Source: Okeania sp.
Lineage (GTDB): Bacteria; Cyanobacteriota; Cyanobacteriia; Cyanobacteriales; Microcoleaceae
Direction: 5' to 3'
Length of the DNA stretch: 32,000 nt
Assembly: GCF_035285525.1 (NCBI RefSeq)
Contig: NZ_JAYKGW010000165.1
Span: forward strand, 29,692 to 61,691
Every line of letters starts with the position of its first letter. The first letter of the stretch is position 1. Under the pieces are notes generated by a model that ran no database searches, was not told the origin of the DNA, and saw nothing but the letters and a program-made list of their open reading frames with translations. Below, in pieces: positions 17,534 through 26,547 of this stretch. The position numbers and the translations under genes are program-made.

Positions 17534-18679
17534 ATGGCCCAATCGGTAATTCTCCAAATGGAGAATGTCAGCAAGCAATTTTCTCAAACCACTACCCCTG
17601 CTCTGCAAAACGTCAATTTAACACTATACCAAGGAGATATATTAGGATTACTAGGACCTTCAGGTTGCGGAAAGACGACTTTATTGAGAATAATTGCTGG
17701 ATTTGAGCAGCCACAATCAGGTATTGTTACAATTAATGGGCGAGTAGTTGCTGGTAAACATGATTGGGTTGTACCGGAAAAACGCAATGTTGGTATGGTA
17801 TTTCAGGATTATGCCCTATTTCCCCATTTGACTGTAGCCAAAAATATTGCTTTTGGATTACACAATTCTGGCAAAAAGTCAAGTAGAAAAATTAATCATC
17901 AGGTAAAAGATGTCCTGGAATTAGTAGGTTTATCTGGACTGGAAAATCGTTATCCCCACGAATTATCTGGAGGTCAACAACAGCGGGTAGCTTTAGCGCG
18001 GGCGTTGGCACCAAGTCCAGCTTTGGTATTATTGGATGAACCTTTGAGTAATTTAGATGTACAAGTGAGGATGAGATTACGTCAAGAATTACGGGATATT
18101 CTCAAAAATGCTGGTGCTTCGGGAATTATTGTTACTCACGATCAGGAGGAAGCGATGGCTATTTCTGATCGGGTAGCAGTGATGCGAACTGGACGTGTGG
18201 AACAATGTGGTACGCCAGAGGATATTTATATTGAACCCGCTTCTAAGTTTGTGGCGGAGTTTGTGACTCAGGCTAATTTTTTGCCTGCACGTCGTCGCGC
18301 TCAGGTTTGGGAAACGGACTTGGGTGTTTTTGAGTTAACAAATAATAATGTCTTTCGTGGGGAAGTTAGTAGTTTAGATGAATTTGATCGTCTTGAGTTG
18401 ATGCTCCGTCAGGAAGATTTAATGTTGAAAGCTGACGATGAGGGATCGATAGTGATTCGCGATCGCCAGTTTTTAGGTAGAGAATTTCGTTATTGTTTAC
18501 AAACTGAGTCTGGAAAAGAGTTAATTGCCCGTACTACTCCAGCAGTGGCGTTACCAATTGGAATTTCTGTAAAAGTATCTGTGGCTAAAGATAATTTACG
18601 AGTTTTTCCGGTAATAACAGAAGAGAAGTATGGAGCATATTCTGAGTTAGTCGGTAGGGGTTTGGTCTCCAAACCCTAA
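17534..18679 (+). CDS. futC: Fe(III)/polyamine-type ABC transporter ATP-binding protein (FutC/FbpC-like) with a C-terminal TOBE-like domain
   Basis: Walker A GPSGCGKTTLLR, Q-loop MVFQDYALFPHL, signature LSGGQQQRVALARAL, Walker B LLDEPLSNLD, H-loop VTHDQEEA. Confidence 0.8.
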   Translation: MAQSVILQMENVSKQFSQTTTPALQNVNLTLYQGDILGLLGPSGCGKTTLLRIIAGFEQPQSGIVTINGRVVAGKHDWVVPEKRNVGMVFQDYALFPHLTVAKNIAFGLHNSGKKSSRKINHQVKDVLELVGLSGLENRYPHELSGGQQQRVALARALAPSPALVLLDEPLSNLDVQVRMRLRQELRDILKNAGASGIIVTHDQEEAMAISDRVAVMRTGRVEQCGTPEDIYIEPASKFVAEFVTQANFLPARRRAQVWETDLGVFELTNNNVFRGEVSSLDEFDRLELMLRQEDLMLKADDEGSIVIRDRQFLGREFRYCLQTESGKELIARTTPAVALPIGISVKVSVAKDNLRVFPVITEEKYGAYSELVGRGLVSKP

Positions 18680-18710
18680 GATGGAAATTTTTGATATTGG
18701 TAGGGAACCC

Positions 18711-18756
18711 AGAAACCCGGTTTATCGCAGAAACCGGGTTTCTTTTGCAATTTTTG
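18711..18756 (+). terminator. Probable intrinsic terminator of futC, built from a repeat-family hairpin
   Basis: 13-bp stem AGAAACCCGGTTT / AAACCGGGTTTCT with a 7-nt loop, followed by TTTGCAATTTTT, 32 nt after the stop. Confidence 0.45.
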
Positions 18757-18775
18757 ATATCCTAGAACTTACACA

Positions 18776-18992
18776 GGAGAACCCAGAAACCCGGTTTCTT
18801 TGTGCAATTATAGATAATTTACAGGACAGAAATCTTCCTTACTCTTCATTCCTTATTCAGGAAGCGAGTTAAGATGCTCGCACTAACTTTTCTCTTCAGA
18901 GGAACCTAGAAACCCGGTTTCTTTGTGCAGTATAGATAATTTACAGGACAGACCCCACTCCTGAATGAGGAAGCGAGCGTCTTGCTCGCACT
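18776..18992. repeat. Two tandem ~100-120-nt repeat units
   Basis: Each unit carries GA(G)AACC(C/T)AGAAACCCGGTTTCTTTGTGCA..TATAGATAATTTACAGGACAGA and then a GAAGCGAG...CTCGC hairpin. Unit 1 is ~18776-18895 and unit 2 ~18898-18992, aligned by eye. Confidence 0.6.
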
Positions 18993-19009
18993 AACTCTCC
19001 CCTACTTTC

Positions 19010-20059
19010 TTACTTCCAACCTACACGATCCATTAATTTAATCGCCTCAGCATTCAACTTGCCATAAACAGCAACATTAGTAGAATCAGCCTTGAAATCA
19101 CCAAAACTTGCCAAAACACTAGAAGCAGGTACACCTGGAACTACAGGATATTCGTTATTACCCTCAGAGAAGATTTTTTGAGCTTCTGGACTGGTTAAAT
19201 ATTCCAGAAACTTGATTGCACCTTCTTTATTAGGAGCAGTTTTAACGACCCCGCCACCACTAATATTAACGTGAGTACCGCGTCCGTTTTGGTTCGGAAA
19301 AAACATACCCACTTTTTCTGCAACCGCTTTATCCCCTGCTTTGGTAGATTTTTTTAAACGCGCTAAGTAGTAGCTATTGACAATACCAATATCACCAATA
19401 CCAGCAGCAACAGCTTTTATTTGAGCAGTATCATTTCCTTCTGGAGGTCTGGCAAAATTGCTGACAAAGCCTTTTGCCCAGCTTTCTGTCTTTGGCATTC
19501 CCAGAATTTCGATTAAAGATGCGACTAAAGATTGGTTGTAAATGTTGTTGGAAGAGCGAATGAGAATTTTTCCTTTCCATTTATCTGTAGCTAAATCTTC
19601 ATAAGTTGATAACTGAGAGGGTTTAACTTTATTTTTGTTATAGATAATTACTCGCGCTCTTTTAGAGAAACCAAACCATAGATTTTGAGGACTACGGAAG
19701 TTAGCGGGAATTTGACTGTTGAGAATAGAGGAAGAAACTGGTTGCAAGATTCCCTCTTGTTGGGCACGCCACAAATTACCTGCATCGACTGTGAGGAAGA
19801 CATCTGCGGGACTGTTAGCTCCTTCACTTTTGATTCGTTCCATTAACTCTCCTCCTTCGCCTTCAATTAAATTAACTTTGATACCAGTTTTTTTGGTGAA
19901 ACTGTTGTACAGAAGTGGGTCTGTGTCATAGTGGCGTGATGAATAGAGGTTAAGCACTTTACTTTGGGCTAATCCTCGGTTACTTTTTCCTAGTTCAGCG
20001 ATCGCCACAGTTGCCATTGCTGTGCCTGTTCCTAGAAATAATCGTCTAGTGATTTTCAT
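19010..20059 (-). CDS. futA: Fe(III) ABC transporter periplasmic substrate-binding protein (FutA/IdiA/FbpA family)
   Basis: 349-aa ORF with a twin-arginine-like signal MKITRRLFLGTGTAMATVAIA. The mature part has the LNLYSSRHYDTD start and SYYLARL motif typical of ferric-binding proteins. Confidence 0.8.
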   Translation of the reverse strand: MKITRRLFLGTGTAMATVAIAELGKSNRGLAQSKVLNLYSSRHYDTDPLLYNSFTKKTGIKVNLIEGEGGELMERIKSEGANSPADVFLTVDAGNLWRAQQEGILQPVSSSILNSQIPANFRSPQNLWFGFSKRARVIIYNKNKVKPSQLSTYEDLATDKWKGKILIRSSNNIYNQSLVASLIEILGMPKTESWAKGFVSNFARPPEGNDTAQIKAVAAGIGDIGIVNSYYLARLKKSTKAGDKAVAEKVGMFFPNQNGRGTHVNISGGGVVKTAPNKEGAIKFLEYLTSPEAQKIFSEGNNEYPVVPGVPASSVLASFGDFKADSTNVAVYGKLNAEAIKLMDRVGWK

Positions 20060-20547
20060 TTTTAATTTTCTCCTTATTTGCTTTTAGTCAGCAGGTATAA
20101 GTCATTGCTCTATACTTGCTAATAAGTCTCAATATTATTGCAAGTAATTTTTAATAAAGTCAATACTTTATGAAGATAAATTTACAAAAGCTTGATTTTG
20201 AGAGTAGGGCAAAGGCTATCTATCCTAATCTTGGAAAAGCTGGAAATTATAAGGGTTGTAGAGAAATTTGAAAAGGGTACTTTAGACAAGTAGATTTTGT
20301 ATAATTATTGTTATGACTTTTAATATTAACTGAGAAATCTTGAAATTATGTAGGTGGGAAATATGAAAGTTGCTGTATGTGTAAAATTTGACAATTATCA
20401 TACTAAATTATCATTTATATTAATAATATTTTTAGTTATTAGTTTTTTTTAGAGTGATAAATTCTCAACTTTTTGGTAATAATGTATGAATAGTGGATTG
20501 ACATACCTAAAATAGTGCAATAGTAGCGGCGGCGATGAAAAATACTG

Positions 20548-20892
20548 TAGGGGCGGGTTTGACCAGAGATTCCCCTGTTTCATCTCAGATTTATCTAAAC
20601 CCGCCCTCTTCTCTACAACATCAAAAATGTGGGGGGCGGGTTTAGCTGACAATGTGTCAAAACTCCTTAGCTTTCGTTGTGATTTTTCGGGAACCGTAAC
20701 CCGCCCCTACTTACGCAAACTAACCAAGAAACCGGGTATGATCGTAGAAACCGGGTTTCTTTGCGTAATATAGAATCCGAATAATTAGTTAACGAAAAAC
20801 TTTGTACCTTCTCAGAGATTTCCCTGTTTAATCTCAGATTTACCTAAACCCGCCCTCTTCTCTACAACATCAAAAATGTGGGGGGCGGGTTT
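20548..20892. repeat. Nested repeats upstream of the RND gene
   Basis: A GTAGGGGCGGGTT...AACCCGCCCCTAC bounded element spans 20548-20710. An ~80-nt direct repeat occurs at 20564-20643 and 20813-20892. Between the two copies lies an AGAAACCGGGT-type MITE (20709-20768). Copies 1 and 2 both read cagagatt.ccctgttt.atctcagattta.ctaaacccgccctcttctctacaacatcaaaaatgtggggggcgggttt. Confidence 0.7.
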
Positions 20893-21036
20893 GGAGACCA
20901 AACATCGTAAAATCTGACAAACTATTTAGGATTGCTATACAAAGTTTTTCATCAACTAATTATCCGGATTCCATATTAAACTAATAATTATTCTCTAACA
21001 TTACTTTTGACTTTTGAATTTTGACTTAAAAATACA

Positions 21037-24000
21037 ATGTTTACCAATTTTTTTATTAAAAAACCAGTATTTGCATCAGTATGTTCCCTAATGATTATCT
21101 TGATTGGATTAGTAGGTTATACTCGCTTACCAATACAAGAATTTCCTACCATCGAACCACCAGTTGTCAGCGTGCAAACTACCTACCCAGGAGCTAACCC
21201 CGAAGTAGTAGAAACAGAAGTCACAGAAATTCTTGAAGCCGAAATTAACGGTGTAGAAGGGGTAAAAACTTTGACTTCTAGCACCAGAGAAGGTTCCAGT
21301 TCCATAAATGTTGAATTTATACTTGGTCGCGACTTAGAAGCAGCAGCTCAAGATGTGCGCAGTCGCGTTGCCCGCGCTACCAGAAATCTTCCCGATGAGG
21401 TAGATACACCAGTAGTTTCTAAACAAAATAGTGACAACGAACGGATAATGTGGATAGCTTTAACTGGGGAAAAATATTCGCCATTAGAGTTAAGCAACTA
21501 CGCAGATAAATTTGTCAAAAATGCTTTGGAAACTGTCAATGGAGTCGGTAGTATTTTCATTGGTGGGGAACGTCGCTACGCTATGCGACTGTGGTTAAAC
21601 CCCAAAAAAATGGCTGCTCGAAATATTACCGCTCTAGACGTTGAGCAAGCTCTCAGACAACAAAATGTAGAAATTCCTAGTGGCAGAATAGAAGCAGAAT
21701 CTACAGAATTTCCGATTCGGACTTTTGGTCGTTTGCGAACCCCAGAAGAATATCAAGAACTGGTTATCAGAAAAAATAATGACGGTTCCTTCAGTAGGCT
21801 CAGGGATATTGGGAGGGCAGAAATCGGAGCCGAAAATGATCGCACTACTGCCCGCTTCAACGGCAAACCAGCAGTAGCTATCGGTATCAGCAAACTTTCT
21901 GGGGCAAATATTCTGGAAGTAGCTCAAGGTGTGAAAGAAAGAATGAAAGAATTATCCCAAGACTTTCCAGACGGAATGGAATATAGCATCGCCGTTGACT
22001 ACTCAAAATTTGTGGAAGTAGCTATCAAAGAAGTTTGGAAAAGTTTGCTCTTAGCAATAGTGTTAGTTGTCTTAGTTATCTATGGGTTTCTGCGAGACTG
22101 GCGAGCAACTATTATTCCTACTGTCACTATTCCCGTTTGCTTGATCGGTGCTTTTGGGGTAATGTTTTTTATGAATTTTTCCATCAATACCCTCACTCTA
22201 TTTGCACTCACTCTGTCAACAGGTTTGGTGGTTGACGATACCATTGTCGTCCTAGAAAATATAGTCCGATATATTCAAGAAGAAAGAAAAACTCCTATGC
22301 AAGCAGCAATGTTAGGAGTGGGAGAAGTAGTATTTGCCGTCATTGCTACAACCGTCGTCTTGATTGCAGTATTCTTACCCGTAGGATTTTCCGGTGGTTC
22401 CGCAGGAAAAATATTTAATGAATTTGCTCTCACTATTGCCGTATCTGTTGTATTTTCCACCTTTGTTGCTTTAACCTTAGCTCCCTCATTATCAGGTCTA
22501 ATCTTAAAAAAATACGAACCAGAAAAACGAAAAAATATAATCTCCCGACTGTTTTCTCTGCCTCTAGATTTATTTGACTGGGCGATCGCTCGCATCTCAG
22601 CTATCTATAATTGGTCATTGCGCCTGTTGATGGCAATGAAACCATTAGTAATATTAGGATTTATCCTATCTTTTTGGGCGATCGCTTGGTTATTCCAACA
22701 ATTACCCCAAGGGTTTTTGCCCACAGAAGACAGAGGTAGAATATTTGTTTCGGTGTCAACACCAGAAGGGGTGAGTATTCAATACACTCACAAAGTGATC
22801 GGTGAAGTCGAAGAGAAACTATCTCAAGTACCAGAAATGAACAGTTATTTTACCATCAGCGGATTTGGTAGCACAGCGCAAGCAAACCGAGGTTTTGCTT
22901 TCACTAACCTCAAACCCTGGTCTGAACGCCAGAAGCCGGAACAAGCACAGCAAGAGATTGTGAAACGTTTATTTGGAGTGTTTGCACCGATAACAGATGG
23001 GCGAGTATTTCCGATAAATCCGGGTTCTTTGCCTGGTAATGGTCGCAGTCAACCCCTACAATTTGTTTTGCAAGGAACGGATTTAGACGAGTTGGCGCAA
23101 GTATCAGAAGAGTTTGCTAATGAAGCGCAAAAGTTACCTCAATTGCAGAATATTGATACAGATTTAAAAATTAATAAACCAGAGGTGAGAGTAGAAATTG
23201 ACCGCGCTCAAGCAGCGAATTTAGGGATATCGGTGCAGGATATTGCCCGGACTTTGCAAATTATGATGGGAGGACAAGATATTACCAATTTTACCGATGG
23301 CAACCAGCGCTATGATGTGATTGTGCGAGCTGACGAACAGTTCCGCGAGAGTTTACAAGATATTGATGAGATGTATGTACGCACCAGTAGTGGAGATATG
23401 ATTCCATTGAGCAATGTGGTGACAGTGAAGACAAGTACAACTCCTCCGGAAATTAACCATTTCAACCGATTTCGTTCAGCAACGATTGAAGGAAGTCCTG
23501 CTTCTGGAGTTAGTCTGGGTGAGGCGTTGCAGGTATTGAATGATTTGGCAGATCAAGTTTTGCCTGCTGATATGCGTACAGATTTAAAAGGTGAATCGTC
23601 TCAGTTTCGAGATGCGGGTCAAGCGACGGTGTTTATTTTTGGGTTGTCGCTAATTTTTATTTTTTTGACGTTGGCGGCTCAGTTTGAGAGTTATATTGAC
23701 CCGGTGGTGATTTTGTTGGCAGTTCCGCTATCGTTATTGGGAGCGTTTGGAGCGTTATGGTTAGCACAGTTGGAAATTAATGTTTATAGTCGAATAGGGT
23801 TAATTATGTTAATTGGTTTGGCAACTAAAAATTCTATTTTGATTGTGGAGTTTGCTAATCAGTTGTTAGCAGAGGGAATGTCTGTTACTAAGGCAGCAGT
23901 TGAAGCATCGCGGTTGCGGTTTCGCCCAATTTTGATGACAGCGTTTTCAACGATTTTCGGGGTGATGCCATTGGCGTTTGCTTCCGGTGCGGGTGCTGTT

Positions 24001-24297
24001 AGTCGGGTTTCTATTGGGATGTCGGTTATGGGTGGAATGTTGGTATCTACAGTTTTGAGTTTATATGTGGTTCCTGTGTTTTATGTGATGGCGAAAGGTT
24101 TACAGTTGAGTTTATTTCCTAAGTATACTGAAGATTTGGCAGAAGTTAATGAAAAGAGAGCAGCTTTTCAGGGGAATGGTTATTATGTTAACGGTAATGG
24201 TAATGGCAATAACTATGTTAATGGTAACGGGAATGGGAAAGGTAGTTATAGTGATACCAAGCATGAGAATGGTGTAGAAAAAATTAGACGAGGATAG
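21037..24297 (+). CDS. RND-family (AcrB/HAE1-like) efflux permease with an Asn/Gly-rich C-terminal tail
   Basis: 1086-aa ORF. The N-terminus FFIKKPVFASVCSLMIILIGLVGYTRLPIQEFPTIEPPVVSVQTTYPGANPEVVE is classic AcrB-like. It has 12-TM architecture with two large loops. The tail reads NGYYVNGNGNGNNYVNGNGNGKG. Confidence 0.9.
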   Translation: MFTNFFIKKPVFASVCSLMIILIGLVGYTRLPIQEFPTIEPPVVSVQTTYPGANPEVVETEVTEILEAEINGVEGVKTLTSSTREGSSSINVEFILGRDLEAAAQDVRSRVARATRNLPDEVDTPVVSKQNSDNERIMWIALTGEKYSPLELSNYADKFVKNALETVNGVGSIFIGGERRYAMRLWLNPKKMAARNITALDVEQALRQQNVEIPSGRIEAESTEFPIRTFGRLRTPEEYQELVIRKNNDGSFSRLRDIGRAEIGAENDRTTARFNGKPAVAIGISKLSGANILEVAQGVKERMKELSQDFPDGMEYSIAVDYSKFVEVAIKEVWKSLLLAIVLVVLVIYGFLRDWRATIIPTVTIPVCLIGAFGVMFFMNFSINTLTLFALTLSTGLVVDDTIVVLENIVRYIQEERKTPMQAAMLGVGEVVFAVIATTVVLIAVFLPVGFSGGSAGKIFNEFALTIAVSVVFSTFVALTLAPSLSGLILKKYEPEKRKNIISRLFSLPLDLFDWAIARISAIYNWSLRLLMAMKPLVILGFILSFWAIAWLFQQLPQGFLPTEDRGRIFVSVSTPEGVSIQYTHKVIGEVEEKLSQVPEMNSYFTISGFGSTAQANRGFAFTNLKPWSERQKPEQAQQEIVKRLFGVFAPITDGRVFPINPGSLPGNGRSQPLQFVLQGTDLDELAQVSEEFANEAQKLPQLQNIDTDLKINKPEVRVEIDRAQAANLGISVQDIARTLQIMMGGQDITNFTDGNQRYDVIVRADEQFRESLQDIDEMYVRTSSGDMIPLSNVVTVKTSTTPPEINHFNRFRSATIEGSPASGVSLGEALQVLNDLADQVLPADMRTDLKGESSQFRDAGQATVFIFGLSLIFIFLTLAAQFESYIDPVVILLAVPLSLLGAFGALWLAQLEINVYSRIGLIMLIGLATKNSILIVEFANQLLAEGMSVTKAAVEASRLRFRPILMTAFSTIFGVMPLAFASGAGAVSRVSIGMSVMGGMLVSTVLSLYVVPVFYVMAKGLQLSLFPKYTEDLAEVNEKRAAFQGNGYYVNGNGNGNNYVNGNGNGKGSYSDTKHENGVEKIRRG

Positions 24298-24317
24298 TTA
24301 TTTTGAGGATTTCTATC

Positions 24318-24491
24318 ATGTCGGTTTGAATAGTGATAAATAACGAGGGAAGAGTAAGGATTCAAGAGGGAAAAGGAAGAAGTTTTTAAGTATAAAAAAA
24401 CTTTCTTATTCTTCTTTCTTCCCTCCTGACTACTGACTACTGACTCCTCAGTTCGACCTAGTTATTTATCGATCGCTGTTCAACCGGACAT
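24318..24491. repeat. Long imperfect inverted repeat (~170 nt hairpin) immediately downstream of the RND gene
   Basis: Outer arms: atgtcggtttgaatagtgataaataac versus gttatttatcgatcgctgttcaaccggacat. Inner purine-rich arm GAGGGAAGAG..GGAAGAAGTTTTT versus AAAAACTTTCTTATTCTTCTTTCTTCCCTC. It also contains CTGACTA(C) x3. Confidence 0.5.
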
Positions 24492-24791
24492 CATAGAAAA
24501 ATGCCCATAGCTTATAAAGAAGCTTTAGAAACAAAGTATTATTTATCTATTCTCAAAGATGCTAACTATATTGAAAAAAACCTTATTTTCAGTTATCACT
24601 TATCAGTTATTATATTTGATCGATTGGTTTTTAGCTTTTTCAGAAGTTGATGGATATAAATAACAGTATTGTTTATAAAAAAGCCTATCAATCTTTCATT
24701 TTAAAGTATCAATTAGGATGGAAATAGATTGCTAAAATATTATTTTCTATCATCAAAAAAACTGAAAAAAACTAATAACTGAAAAAGGGGG

Positions 24792-24819
24792 TTGACAAAA
24801 AAATTTGACATGGTATTAT
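24792..24819 (+). promoter_or_regulatory. Sigma70-type promoter-like element in an ORF-free 1-kb region
   Basis: TTGACA (24792-97), a 16-nt spacer, then TATTAT (24814-19). The nearest downstream gene on this strand is xisH, 500 nt away. Confidence 0.3.
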
Positions 24820-25329
24820 ATTCATAATGGAAAAGTTGCGCTCATATATACTCAGGTTAAGTTAAGCCCAAAAAACCATACTTGCTTGTTGAGGAGCATC
24901 CCAGAAATTATGACAACTGTTAACTGATTTTTCGGGCACTGTAAAAGCTGATAACTGATAATTGAAAAAAAGCGACGGCAGCGGAAATGAACTTTAGTTC
25001 GAGGACTTTATGAACGAGGTGACAAGAAACAAGATATTTTAGAACTTTTCCGGGGGAGAAACATTTTTGTAACCTACAGCTATTGCAGCATTTTAAGTGT
25101 GTCGGTCTAGTAGGAACATTTTGCTGACGCAAAGCTCGGCTTTATATGTCGCGCAGCGAAACGCTGGGCGACATGAAACGCATTTTTGCCGATGCAACGT
25201 CCCTACAGGATTTTGATTATAGCAATGTAGTTCATTACTGCAAAAAAATCCTTAACTGAACCGTATTAAGTTACAATGTAATCTACTTCTATTGTATATA
25301 ATTTGAACTATTAAATTCTTAAATAACTA

Positions 25330-25749
25330 ATGTCAGCTAGAGATATTTATCATAATACAGTTGTTGAAGCCTTAAAAACAGATGGTTGGAAAATTACTAA
25401 CGATCCTCTATATTTAGGTTATGGAGGTAAACATCTTTATGTTGATTTGGGTGCAGAAAAAACAGCGATCGCTGCGGAAAAAAACGGACAAAAAATTGCT
25501 GTAGAAATCAAAAGTTTTATTAGTCTTTCTCCCATAAATGATTTACAAATAGCAGTAGGGCAATATGAAATTTATCGAAGTGTATTATCGGAACTGGAAT
25601 CAGAACGTTTACTTGATCTTGCTGTTAATCTAAAAGCTTATGAAAATATTTTCCAAGAGAAACTAGGTCAGTTAATTATTAATAAAATACAACTGCATCT
25701 GATAATTTTTGATGAAAAAATTAGGAGAATAATTAAATGGATAAGTTAG
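25330..25749 (+). CDS. xisH: XisH family protein (fdxN-element excision controlling factor-like; endonuclease-like fold)
   Basis: 139-aa ORF: MSARDIYHNTVVEALKTDGWKITNDPLYLGYGGKHLYVDLGAEKTAIAAEKNGQKIAVEIKSF matches the XisH family closely. Confidence 0.85.
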   Translation: MSARDIYHNTVVEALKTDGWKITNDPLYLGYGGKHLYVDLGAEKTAIAAEKNGQKIAVEIKSFISLSPINDLQIAVGQYEIYRSVLSELESERLLDLAVNLKAYENIFQEKLGQLIINKIQLHLIIFDEKIRRIIKWIS

Positions 25750-26072
25750 ATAACTATCGTGAAATTATTAAGAAAATAATATACGAATATGGCACTCATA
25801 AACCTGCTAATGGTCAAATAGATGTGGAAATTGTAATTGACACTGAACGAGACCATTATGAAGTAATTCATGTGGGTTGGGATGGTGTACGTCGAGTTTG
25901 TGGTTCAGTGGTTCATATTGATATTATTAATGATAAAATCTGGATTCAATATGATGGTTGTTCTCAACCTGTTGCTGAAGAACTTTTGGAAGCAGGCATA
26001 ACCAAAGATATGATAGTTTTGGCTTTTCATCCAGAAGAAGTGCGTGAGTATACAGGTTTTGCAGTTTCTTAA
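25737..26072 (+). CDS. xisI: XisI family protein
   Basis: 111-aa ORF overlapping xisH by 13 nt. YREIIKKIIYEYG...DTERDHYEVIHVGWDGVRRVCGSVVHIDIINDKIWIQYDG...ELLEAGI.KDMIVLAFHP is the typical XisI signature. Confidence 0.85.
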   Translation: MDKLDNYREIIKKIIYEYGTHKPANGQIDVEIVIDTERDHYEVIHVGWDGVRRVCGSVVHIDIINDKIWIQYDGCSQPVAEELLEAGITKDMIVLAFHPEEVREYTGFAVS

Positions 26073-26280
26073 TGTAAAGCATTCAGCATTTAGCAGTCAA
26101 CTATCAGCTTCTATTTTTTGTTGTAAATTAATGGAAATTTTAGTAGTTTATGTTTACTTTATAGGAGTTTTCAGGTCAGTAAACCAGATTAAAAAATAAT
26201 GATAACCTAGTAGGGAAGTTGTATACAATGTCCCTAATTTAGTCTACCAAAATGACAACTGCTTTTGCGTAAGTCCTGTT

Positions 26281-26450
26281 GTAAGCATTCAGCCGTCAGC
26301 TATAGCTTTTAGCTGGTGATAAAAGCTTTACTATTCAGAATGAAATATTACTATAAAAACCAATTTTCAAGTCTATATTCGTTTAAATTTATTCCTTAAG
26401 GTTAAAATTTATATTGCTAATAACTGACAGCTAATAGCTGAATGCTTACC
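26281..26450. repeat. MITE-like element bounded by GTAAGCATTCAGC / GCTGAATGCTTAC inverted termini
   Basis: gtaagcattcagccgtcagctatagc (26281-26306) versus ctgacagctaatagctgaatgcttacc (26424-26450). A related half-site lies at 26074-26108, and a GCGTAAGTCCT motif directly abuts at 26267-26277. Confidence 0.45.
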
Positions 26451-26547
26451 TCCTGTTTTACTTAATCATCTTAAATATTTTCAACTTTCCACTTAGTTAT
26501 TTTGCTATAAAATCAGAATAATCAAACAGATAAAAAAAAAGGAAAAA

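Noticed and set aside
18681-18872. 63-aa ORF downstream of futC, and the 67-aa ORF at 20449-20652
   Set aside because: Both are translations of the AGAAACCCGGTTTCT and GGGGCGGGTTT repeat elements. Equivalent repeat copies elsewhere are not open.
24920-25132. 70-aa minus-strand ORF in the 1-kb non-coding interval (also a 49-codon plus-strand ORF from ATG 24501)
   Set aside because: There are no motifs. The composition is Cys/Lys-rich and odd, and the ORF runs into the hairpin repeat. I cannot support it as a gene.
7171-26547. The 19-kb segment between the SBP gene and the ABC-3 permease, considered as an inserted genomic island
   Set aside because: There is no integrase, transposase, tRNA target or matching direct repeats at the boundaries. 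The content is ordinary chromosomal signalling and transport genes that carry HIP1 sites.
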